64,000 bases of DNA from a virus. The stretch is taken from IMG/VR virus record IMGVR_UViG_3300046170_000391; one strand, 5' to 3'. A program made the position numbers and the translations under genes. Shown one piece after another: positions 19,757 to 29,931 of the stretch. The number at the start of each line of letters is the position of its first letter. The stretch's first letter is position 1. The notes below the pieces were generated by a model that saw only the letters and a program-made list of their open reading frames with translations, was not told where the DNA came from and searched no databases.

Positions 19757-20740
19757 GCCTCGCAATTTATTGGCACGACAGGTTCGCGGGATGCAACCAC
19801 GGGTCAAACCATCGAAAAAGATTTATCGGAGGAAACCGAAAAATGAAAAAGCGCGAACTGATTAAACGCATTAGTTGTTACACCACTGTTTCGCCAATTA
19901 TGGCAATTCGGTTGTGCTGTTGGTCTGAGGCTAGATTGCAGCGCGTTCTTAAAAATATTAAAGCTATCAATGAGGTTTACAATGACACAAACAATAATCA
20001 AATCAAAGCGTTCTTTGGCAACGCTAAATAATAAACGCAACTTTCAGGGTCTAAAGCTAAAAGAAAGGCCGAAAAAGCCAGCTAAAACAAAGAGTTAGAG
20101 GGCGGCGGCCGGTGAATCTTAGGTAAGCTAACATACTGATATCATTGAATAATTAAAAGTGACCGGCGGCCAAACCCCTTTTTGTCAATGAAAACAATAC
20201 ATTGCGTGCTGCAGTTAAACCATGAAAATTCAATAAAAACAACAGGGTAGGCGTGTCAATAGAAAACTTACAGGCCAAAGTTAAGACGGACACCAGGACT
20301 GTTATGTTATAACGTATCATATTGCGTTTTAACGTGTTACAACATTAATACACACTTAGCAAGCATTCCTACCATGCGATATCAAGAGTAAGCGCTATCC
20401 AGCGCCAGTAGTAGTTCGACGATTGTCAAGTAAAAAGTCAATTCGAATGCATCTTTTTGTACGATTGAAAGCAAGTCTAAGTGCGCCAGCGCCAGTGAAA
20501 AGGCGATTGTCAAGTACAAAATCGCACAAACTAGGATAAAATTTTTATCTAAAAGTCATGTCGTTTCTGATTGACACTAGCCCATCATTCTGATAAACTC
20601 TCTTTACAAATTCAGAGAACGACCATTTTTCTGATTGTAGGCGAAAGCCAGAAACATTCACTTTTGACTTGCTTCTTGGCTAAAAATAGCGTATTATCTT
20701 TATATCAAATGAAAACAGAAACCCATAGGAGATATTCATT

Positions 20741-21049
20741 ATGGCTGCAACTATCAAAAACGTAAACTATACCGCCGAACTTACCGCAGCAATCGTTGAG
20801 CAGTACCAGCAGGGTACTGACGTGGACGCAATCGCTGATTCTATCGGTAAAAGCATCCGTTCGGTGCGTTCAAAGCTGGTACGCGAAGGTGTGTACGTAG
20901 CGAAGCCGAAGGTCGCTGCAAAGCGCGATATGGGTCCAACTAAGAAGGAACTTCTTAAGGACTTAGAAGCTACTGGTTTTGAGGTAGCTGGTTTCGAGGG
21001 GGCTACTAAAGAGGCCATCGTCCGCCTCTTGGGACACTTCGCGAACTAA
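20741..21049 (+). CDS. T5 A2-like DNA-binding protein, copy 2
   Basis: Paralogue of 19205; AGGAG RBS; TTGCTT..TATTAT promoter at about 20688-20720. Confidence 0.7.
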   Translation: MAATIKNVNYTAELTAAIVEQYQQGTDVDAIADSIGKSIRSVRSKLVREGVYVAKPKVAAKRDMGPTKKELLKDLEATGFEVAGFEGATKEAIVRLLGHFAN

Positions 21050-21070
21050 GACACTCGTCAGAGTGTTTGG

Positions 21071-21100
21071 AGGGACAGGCTTCGGTCTGTCCCTTTTTTT
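21071..21100 (+). terminator. Intrinsic terminator
   Basis: agggacaggc-ttcg-gtctgtccct followed by a T run. Confidence 0.9.
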
Positions 21101-22128
21101 ATGAACAAAATCAAGCACTTACATCTACATTATGTGCTCAACGCACCAGTACAAGTACGAAGTATAATTTCAATTGCTTGTGCACCGCTGCGCCAGTGCA
21201 AAGTCAACCATAAAGTCACATCGCTTGCTAGCATTAGTGTAAATAAATCAAAAGTCCATAGTCTATTTCCAAAACAACAAGTCATATATTCAAGTCTGGT
21301 CTAAACCCCTACCCACCCTGGTATAATAACACATAAAAACAGCTCTGCGCAAGGCTGCACTGGCTCCCTACGGTCGCCACAGTCCAATAAACAGTAAAAA
21401 TAATGTGTTATATGGTAAAAAATGGTAAAATAGCAAAGAAATAGCTGTTTTTACGTAGTAAAACAGACAAATAAGTGCATTTACGGAGTAAAATAGCTCC
21501 CCAATAAACCAGAAAATGATTGACGAGAGGGTCTGCTTGGCAGCGCTATGCGAACTCCGTTCGCGGGCTGTGCGAGAAGAATTCCGATGTAGGGAGGCAA
21601 TCATATCACTTCGTGATACAACTGTCCCAAGCACACACGCTCCGCGTGGAATCGAAATAGTGAGTATGTTTATGGAATATAGTATAAAGTGAACGAACGA
21701 AGTTCGATAGCTGGTACAGCCTCTATGCTCCCTACGGTCGCTTATGTTATCTATGTACAAAGGCTATATACACGGCTACGCAACGTGGTGTAAAAGCTGT
21801 GTAACATATGTAATAGCTATGTAATCGCTGTTACAAAAAAAAAGACGCTGTGTAATAGCTAAACAGCGGCTTCGTTTGCGTTCTGTATACAAATAATAGC
21901 AGAATATTTGTACATTGTCAACGGGTTGTATTGGGTAATTTTGTGAAATGAGAAGTTTAGAAATGACGAATTAGTTACTCTTTATTCATGTATACATTGT
22001 ACTATAATTGGTATGGATTTCAACAGTTAGGTTCATACTTTTTGTATAGTTGCTAAAGACTGTAGTGTGAAAAATGCTACAAAAATTTCTCTCTGTAGCA
22101 TTGGTAGGATATAATTTGGTTGATTAGA

Positions 22129-22668
22129 CTAAGTAAAATTATAGTGATGGATGGTTTTAATTCCAGCTGTGGTATATCTTTTGGCAGCTATTTGCATATC
22201 AGCAGTATGATTTAGAAGTCGATCATTTTCAGGATGTGTAATAATTGTGGCTTTGCCGTATGTCCACATCCAGTCTTTAAGTTCATTTTCAGTCCAATGA
22301 TCGTCTAGCACACCTTTCTTTGGAATAAGAATTGGATACTCATGTTCTACAGTGAATGGACGTTTTCCCCTAACATCTCGCCATTGAGTAATTTGTCGAT
22401 GAGTTGGGGGTTTACCTCCTCGACTTTCAGTAAGTTGTGCTTTGATATGTTCATACTCTGTCATCGCTTCTTCAGACCATTGAGTAGTCCATTGTATTAC
22501 AGATGCAGTATTATTCACCACATTCGTACACTGAGCTGAAAGTATGTCAGATGCAGCACGAAGTGAACGATCTACTAGGTTGTAAGCAAATTTTCGATTC
22601 ATATGAAGTGTAGTGCAATAGTGAGCTACATGAAGTAGTTTGTCTACTTCTTGCTTCCAATCATCCAT
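22129..22668 (-). CDS. Hypothetical protein, possible HNH-like nuclease
   Basis: TVEHEYP...IIT..EN pattern. Confidence 0.45.
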   Translation of the reverse strand: MDDWKQEVDKLLHVAHYCTTLHMNRKFAYNLVDRSLRAASDILSAQCTNVVNNTASVIQWTTQWSEEAMTEYEHIKAQLTESRGGKPPTHRQITQWRDVRGKRPFTVEHEYPILIPKKGVLDDHWTENELKDWMWTYGKATIITHPENDRLLNHTADMQIAAKRYTTAGIKTIHHYNFT

Positions 22669-23065
22669 CTATCTGCTCCTCAATTTCCTGTACAAGACAT
22701 CTAACTTCGTACCCCATCTCTTCAATCAATTCTTGAAGTGAATCTACAGCTTCATCAACTGAGTAATGGTACAGCTCTCTCTGTCTCTGCTCAGTGTCTA
22801 CAATACGGTGTGCATCATGTAACTGTTTCCACGTTCGCTCTACAAGATAAGTGTCAGCATTTGAGGGTAATGCAAAGTACGCATGAAACCACCAATTAGC
22901 TCCTCCTTGAGCACGACCACGTTGAATTGCTTGTGCATTTTTAGACCGTCCAACCTTAGTAGGAGCATGAAGCTCTGCTATTTCGTGTGTCCCAACATAA
23001 ACTCCGCAACAATCATCTGTGGCTTTTAAATCTAACCAACGATGTATTTCATGCCCTGTAACCAT
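22661..23065 (-). CDS. GIY-YIG / T5orf172-like protein
   Basis: GVYV...KVGRS...E...H...RELY pattern. Confidence 0.45.
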   Translation of the reverse strand: MVTGHEIHRWLDLKATDDCCGVYVGTHEIAELHAPTKVGRSKNAQAIQRGRAQGGANWWFHAYFALPSNADTYLVERTWKQLHDAHRIVDTEQRQRELYHYSVDEAVDSLQELIEEMGYEVRCLVQEIEEQIDG

Positions 23066-23074
23066 TTCACGCCT

Positions 23075-23881
23075 CTATTGATTAAGATGATGATATTGTG
23101 TAATCAAAGCAGTATCACGCATAAAAGAGACATAACGATTATCTACGCGATTAGCCCATGCTTCAGAGTCGAGAACAGTTGCCTGGATATCTCCGTCTAC
23201 AGGAATGTTAGCTCCAATTAGATAAGTGCTATAAGAAAAATCATGCAACACAACAGCATCTGCAACTAAATCTTGCCCACGATGAGTAGCTTCATTAGTA
23301 AGTGTAGGAGAAAGTACTACAGGACAGTACTCTCCATCTTTTGCAAGAGAGGAAATCATGTAGTCAATTTCTCCAGCAGCTAGAGCAGCTCGATAAGCTT
23401 TTGAGTTTTTGTAAGGCAGTGCTTTTGCATTTGGAAGTTCAGCGGCTAGACGAACACTCTGTTGACGAATCCATGCCCAATCAGCATATCCTAATAACAC
23501 TTCGTCTGTTAGCAGCCGATCAACTGACTGTGCTTTATTCTCTTCTCGAACACACAAAAACATAGGAGAGGCTCCAAGGTATCCATGAAACATCTCTGCT
23601 TCTACCGCACAAGGGTTATTATTACCAGCTTGCATATCAGGATAAGCGATAGCAATGGTAGGACGATCCGTAGTTTTTAGATATTCAACAGCTGCAGCAC
23701 ATCCTTTTACTACTACACGCTCACCGTGTTGATCTCCTAGTGATTGTTCTACTACTTCAGTTGTTCTACCTACAAGTCCTCCTGGACGCGCAAAAAGAAG
23801 CGTATCAATAGGCTCTTGAGCTACAGCTTGTGAAACAAGCGTCATTGCCGTAACAGCAAGCGTATAAGTTATTGTTTTCAT
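23075..23881 (-). CDS. TctC/Bug-like periplasmic solute-binding protein
   Basis: Signal peptide MKTITYTLAVTAM..; PGG motif; PYK....ALAAGEIDY; adjacent to tctA. Confidence 0.6.
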   Translation of the reverse strand: MKTITYTLAVTAMTLVSQAVAQEPIDTLLFARPGGLVGRTTEVVEQSLGDQHGERVVVKGCAAAVEYLKTTDRPTIAIAYPDMQAGNNNPCAVEAEMFHGYLGASPMFLCVREENKAQSVDRLLTDEVLLGYADWAWIRQQSVRLAAELPNAKALPYKNSKAYRAALAAGEIDYMISSLAKDGEYCPVVLSPTLTNEATHRGQDLVADAVVLHDFSYSTYLIGANIPVDGDIQATVLDSEAWANRVDNRYVSFMRDTALITQYHHLNQ

Positions 23882-23895
23882 TTTATTTCCTCTAG

Positions 23896-25221
23896 TTAAA
23901 AGTACATAATTGCAATACGTTTGGACACCCAAAAGATTGTATCATGCAATAAAAATCCAAATATCAATGGACTAGTATCAAGTTTACGCATTAATAGCCC
24001 AAACGGAACTAGCATTGCGAAAATTAAAAGATGATCTTCACCGTTCATGGTGACATTTCCTAACCACCATATCATAAAAATTAACGATGAGACAATAAAT
24101 AAGTAAAGTTTCTCTACACTAAATCCATCTAAAAAACGAAAGATGTTGATGTATTTACCTGCAACAAGTAGTCCAATAGTGGAACTTAACATGAAACAGA
24201 TAACTACTAGTGAAAAGGTATCTTGAAACCATGCAACGGTAAGAGAAACTCCTTTTGACTCTAAAATGTTATAAATTAACGCCTCAGCCGCAGTAATCGG
24301 TATACCTAAAAACAGTAAAGGAACTAACTGAGTAAAAGCTCCTGCATTATTAGAACCCTCACTAGCAATTAAACACTTAACATCCCCTTTACGATATGCT
24401 TTACCTCTAAAAATCTTCTCACCATAGTAAGCAAACAAGGTACTAGCAGAGTAAGCCAATCCTGGCACAAATCCTCCGATACACCCAATAAACGCACTCC
24501 TGAGTAAAGTTAAGTAATGATTTTTGATTTCAAGTAGTGAATGCCAGTACCCTTTAATAGTTAGCAAAGGCCAAGAAATAGCCGAACTATCTTTTAGATA
24601 GCTGTTAATAAAGTTAGGAATTATGAATAGTGCTACAATAACACATAAAGTAGGAATACCTCCATATAACGGAGTCCAGTTAAGAGTTAAATTGTGAATA
24701 CCGAGAGACTCATCATAACCAATCCATCCTAAAAATAATCCTAATAAAAACAGTATAGTGTTAATCCAAATACGATTAGGCGAAAAAAGCACAATGGAGA
24801 TGAAAGCTATTGCAAAAATAACTGCTTGTACAGTGCTATTCCACATTTCATAGAATAAAAATAGAATAGGAATACAGGCTAATACAAACATCACCGCAAA
24901 AGCACTACAAAACCAACTAGCAATAGCACTAAACATAATTGCTTTGTCGCCTTCTCCACGCCTAAACATTGTGTGACCTTCAATCACACTTGGTACAGCA
25001 GTAGCATATCCTGGAAGTCCTAGTAAGATAGCAGAAGTGTTATTAAAGTATTGGTCAATACTTATCAACACCACATAAAATAACACTACATTTACAGGGT
25101 CAAGACTCATTAAAAAAGGAAAAGCAGTTACTAAAACAACTAAACCACCAACTCCTGGCATAAGTCCCCCAAATATGCCGGAGAGGGTAGCTAATATAAA
25201 TACTACAACAGTCTCGATCAA
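23896..25221 (-). CDS. tctA: Tripartite tricarboxylate transporter large permease TctA
   Basis: G..GG.MPG.G, AILLGLPG, GCIGGFVPG, EGSNNA, LGIP motifs; multi-TM. Confidence 0.85.
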   Translation of the reverse strand: MIETVVVFILATLSGIFGGLMPGVGGLVVLVTAFPFLMSLDPVNVVLFYVVLISIDQYFNNTSAILLGLPGYATAVPSVIEGHTMFRRGEGDKAIMFSAIASWFCSAFAVMFVLACIPILFLFYEMWNSTVQAVIFAIAFISIVLFSPNRIWINTILFLLGLFLGWIGYDESLGIHNLTLNWTPLYGGIPTLCVIVALFIIPNFINSYLKDSSAISWPLLTIKGYWHSLLEIKNHYLTLLRSAFIGCIGGFVPGLAYSASTLFAYYGEKIFRGKAYRKGDVKCLIASEGSNNAGAFTQLVPLLFLGIPITAAEALIYNILESKGVSLTVAWFQDTFSLVVICFMLSSTIGLLVAGKYINIFRFLDGFSVEKLYLFIVSSLIFMIWWLGNVTMNGEDHLLIFAMLVPFGLLMRKLDTSPLIFGFLLHDTIFWVSKRIAIMYF

Positions 25222-28077
25222 TCCTTAAACTCGTCGATATCATAAGACATTCCGTCATCATGGCTCATGATGTCAGCAATAGTTTCACATAAATGTTGTG
25301 GATCGTATGGAATGTCTTGGGTAAGATAAGGAGAAAATACACCAATTTGTACCATTTCACGCCCGCCAATGTACGTATAAAAATGAAAAGTATTTGTTTT
25401 TTTATTATAAGTGTACATAACAGACTTAGTAAATTGAGGCTTACCAATAAGTTCTCTCATTTCATCTGAAAGATCATAAATATTTTTCTTCTGTTTATTA
25501 CTGCTCATCTGATTTTTCCAATGCAAAACAAACTAAATTATTATCTAATTTAACAGCAGGGCTAGTCTCGGCTGGACGACAAGAATCAAGAAGTGCCCAT
25601 TCATACCCTTCTGCCATTTGTTTTTTTGATGTGTTAACAAACTCTGATTCAGTGTATACGAACAGAGCCGAGATTGTAGCTATAAAAGTTATTAGCATCG
25701 CCATTTCCTTTGTGGTGTATGATTCTGTTGAGTGTATTTAGTAAACCAGCATACACTCCAATCCAATATTGTTGTGCCCAAGTACCTTCTTCAAGTGTTT
25801 CAATTAGTTGGGTCACTGCATCAAGTCTTTTTTCATATAATTCTATCTGTGTCACTTTAGATTATTCCACCAAATTGTAATCATAAGAGCTACGATTATT
25901 GCTACTGTGTAAAAAAATACTTGATCTGGACTAAGCAAGTTGTAAATCCTCCCAAGTAGAATCACCAATTAGGCTACAAGTCACAATACCATCTCCTGAT
26001 ACAGCGTAGCAAGAACCAATTTCATAATTACTACCCATATAGAAGTGAAAAGTAGATACGGCTTCTTCTACAGTAGCCGCATCTTCTGTCCATCCCTCTA
26101 TATCATCAACTGCTTGAAAATACAACGAAATCATTACCTACGCTTACCACGAGCTGCCTCGCGTGCCTTTTCTTTTGCAATAGTCCAAGGTTGCTTAACC
26201 TGAAATCCATTGATTTTGAGACGAATTGCCTCAATATCGAAATCTGGTTCGTTTTGAACAACACCATTCTTAACACGCAAGCCAATCGGGCGACCCCACG
26301 CATCTTTAAGTTCTACACCTTCATATTCCATTTTTTGCCTCCTAAATTTCTGATTCTGTTAATAATACACAATTTATAAACAATAGGCAACTAAAAGTCT
26401 GCTGCTGTTGGAAGATTGTTGCCCCAGTAATAATCATTTTCTTCAGGATATGGAGAGTGTTGCGAGACAGCCAAAGGTACACCAGTTTCTTTAAGGTCAA
26501 AGCAGTCATTGCATAAACCAATTCTCCATATCCCACCTGAGTAACCACAGTTCAAACACGAAGTAATCATTAGAAGCTGTCAATCATGTCTTGAATTTTT
26601 TTCTCTAGATCTTCATTTTGATTTTCTATTGTAGTAATTTCATCACGTAGTTTCTCAACTTGATCTTTTCTTTGCTGCATTACGTCACGCAACTCAGAAA
26701 GAGTAGTGCTTAGTCTCGCTGCTAGATCTGTAGCGTCTGTCACAGTTTTCCTCCTTGAAACAGTTGATATTCCGTTAAAGTAAATTTTTCCTTTATCTGC
26801 TCTATAAGCTCTTTTATTCCTCATCAGGATCAAATTCAACTCTTAGTTCAAAGTCAATAGATAATAGCATAGCTTCTGCAGCTGTTTCTGCCGCAGATTT
26901 AGATTTATAATAATCAGGTAATTCAAGCCACTCTTCTCCGATGGTATCATATATATGAGCTACCCACCCAAGTAGTGTTTTTTCAATTACAGGATTTGGA
27001 TAATCTTCTGGAGTACGAGGATCAAAAGATATTTCAATATTAGGCCACTCATGAGAGTTGAACATATCATAGTCAATGATAAGTTCTTCTTCTACAGGTT
27101 TAGGGGTAAAATCTACGTGGATTACATTATTAGACATCATCATCTCCTATCTCTGAAATACAGTCACCATAAGCCCAGTGTCCATTGTCTAAGTCAACAA
27201 CAAAAGTGCAATTTGAAGGTACACTCTGCACATCATAACCATATTTGCGGTCACTTTCGTTCGTGACCTCGATAGTTTTGATTCGTGCTATACCCCATCT
27301 TGTTACGACTTGTTGTCCAACATGAAACATCCTAAACTCCTTCAAGCTGCCCAACGTATGCATAGTACATCTCCTCAAGTCCTGGCATATCATACCACTG
27401 ATCTATAATAGCACTGTCAATAGCATCTAAAGCAGACATCTCAGAGTCAAAATAATCATACCAAGCTGCATCAGGTAAATCATCAGAGTTCAAGCCACAA
27501 ATTTTTACAAGTAGTACATCAACATCTTTTTTGAACTTGCTAAACTCAACATCTTTGACTGCCATGAGATTCTCCTTTTCTCTTTCCATAAATTCCATAT
27601 AGTTACCATAAATATCAATCTCCTGAGAACTGTAAATGTGGGGACGAAATGTCATTGCCTACTCCTAAATTTTGATTATGATATAATATAGCATAAACAA
27701 CAGGAGTAGGCAATGATAAAGAGCTCATTAATACTGACCTCGTTCTCTCTCAAGATCTCTTAATGTTCTACGTTTCAGTCTTTGTTCTATGGTTTTGGGA
27801 GGATCTTTCTCCTTCACAACAAAAATATGAGGATAAGTTAGTCTAAATAACTTAATTCTCTCTTTAATATTATGAACTTTTTGCTCTATGCTTGTTAGAG
27901 TCATTGCTCCACCTTTCGTCAAAAAGGGCTTCACTCCAGCTCATGCCAGTAACAATAAGGATCATCAAAAATCCTAAGTAAGCAAGAAGACCGTAAAGTC
28001 CCTCTCCAGTGTATTTTTCGGCTACAATGTGGAATGAGTACATTATACCAAAATTACCAAAAACAAAAAATAAGTTT

Positions 28078-28542
28078 TTAGTTAGTTTCTTTAGGAAGCG
28101 TATTTTCATCGTCGTTTTCTCCTTCTAGTTGGATGTCGATTTGCCCACAGATATAGGTTTCCATATCTTGAGGAACAAACCCTCGTTCTTCTAGCCACTC
28201 AAAGTAGTCACCAGAATTCTCTATTTCCTCCCGAAGTTCCTCCCTTTGTTCATCTGTCCAGTTGCTGTTCCAAACACGATAGTCCATCCAACAACCGTCC
28301 CAAGTATGATCACATTCAAAATCTGTTAATGCTGAGATTTCAAATTCATCATAACGACTATTCACTTCACAGTATATGTTATGGTCGTTGAGTTCTACCA
28401 TCTCTTCATCAGTTACATAAGCGTAAAAGGCTCCCCAACGCCAACCAGTTTCTACATGAACCCAAGTATTATTATCGTCCTTGAAAAACTCAATTTCCAC
28501 AGTTGACTTTTTGTATGTAGGTTCTAGTCTTACTCTCGTCAT
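28078..28542 (-). CDS. Conserved phage hypothetical protein
   Basis: ETGWRWG motif, acidic. Confidence 0.55.
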   Translation of the reverse strand: MTRVRLEPTYKKSTVEIEFFKDDNNTWVHVETGWRWGAFYAYVTDEEMVELNDHNIYCEVNSRYDEFEISALTDFECDHTWDGCWMDYRVWNSNWTDEQREELREEIENSGDYFEWLEERGFVPQDMETYICGQIDIQLEGENDDENTLPKETN

Positions 28543-29207
28543 TATGTTACCTCTAATCTACCATAATTATCTGCCCAATCTTCGACTGAACACACATCGT
28601 CCATGTCCACATTTGAGTACGGATCTGTAATTACTAATTGCTCTCCGCGAAACATAAAGTTAGCTGAGTGTAAGTCTAACTTAACAGCTTCATGAATTTC
28701 ATCAAATTCCCAGTTATCACTAATGTCATCACAGTCTCCTTCTGTGATTGCATCTGTCCACTTTCTAATCTCATCACACAATCGAATCATTGCATTAGGA
28801 TAAGGAAACACACGAGGATGCTCATCCATAAACACTCTAAATCTCATCTCGTGTTCGTCAACAATGTAGTCACGAACATACTCATAGTAATCATTATAGT
28901 TATCTGATTCGAGACGTTCCATAGTAGCGATATAATAATCATTTTGATAATCAATATAAAATGAATCAACACGTGGCACACAAGGATTACCTTCAAATGT
29001 AAGTGGTTTAATGACCTTTTCATAATAGTGTAACCAAGGATCGTAAGCGTTATTACTAATCTTGATAACTTCAGAATCATTATTACGCTTCTCCATAACA
29101 GCAGAGTAACAACCAATGCCAAGAACAGCATTACCTGCTCGTGCAGTATTCTTCATAATGTTATAAGCAGTTGCCATTACAGTATAATATCCGCAAGTTG
29201 AGGCCAA
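28542..29207 (-). CDS. Ser/Thr protein kinase, T7 gp0.7-like
   Basis: LGIGCYSAV, VIKI, MERL, DLHSAN, VITDP motifs. Confidence 0.75.
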   Translation of the reverse strand: MASTCGYYTVMATAYNIMKNTARAGNAVLGIGCYSAVMEKRNNDSEVIKISNNAYDPWLHYYEKVIKPLTFEGNPCVPRVDSFYIDYQNDYYIATMERLESDNYNDYYEYVRDYIVDEHEMRFRVFMDEHPRVFPYPNAMIRLCDEIRKWTDAITEGDCDDISDNWEFDEIHEAVKLDLHSANFMFRGEQLVITDPYSNVDMDDVCSVEDWADNYGRLEVT

Positions 29208-29931
29208 GTTTCAAGAAGTCGAATACGATCCTTTTGATTCATGTAGTATTCTAGAGCGCACCACAAAGTTTGAATCTCGTCACAGATAGCAGCATCTTTT
29301 TCTGGAAGCAGAGATAACTGAATTAAATCATCTGCGATAACACGTTTAACAACCTCTAATTGTTGCTCTGAAGTAAGTGCAATAGTTGCCATTAGTGTAC
29401 TGTGCCTCGTGTATACATTTGGTGTAGATCATGTTGTATTTGATACCATTCGCTTACGGCGGCTTCAAACCCGATAGTACCCTCACCAAACTCAAGCTGT
29501 GCTTTAATGATGAAATCTGGTTCTGCGACATTAAAGTGGTCACACGCAAAAATTTCACCTTCTAATACTGCTTCTTTGATTTTACCCATTATACTCTATC
29601 TCCCATCATTGCGTCATTAATTTCAGCAGATATCATATACTCATGCTCATCTTCCTCCATCTCAGAGGCAGCATCATACGCAAATTTATAAACATAACGC
29701 TTGATAGCAAGTTGTCCAAGAGCAGACTCGATAGCATCCCAATCATAAGCATATTCTGCTCTTTTGAGACGATCTTCTAGTTCAGATACTTGATATGCAA
29801 AAGTTTCCACAACAGGAAAAAGTTGAGTTGAAGTGGTGCAGTTGCGAATAATTGTAATGTCGTGGTTCATTGTCATGCCTATCTCCTCATTTTCTGTAAA
29901 CAGTATATCAAATATAGGACTAAAACGCAAG

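Noticed and set aside
14939-20250. CRISPR array
   Set aside because: Repeats are degenerate, separated by whole genes and not regularly spaced; no cas genes
21368-21760. 130-aa minus-strand ORF
   Set aside because: No RBS and implausible composition; coincides with the hairpin cluster
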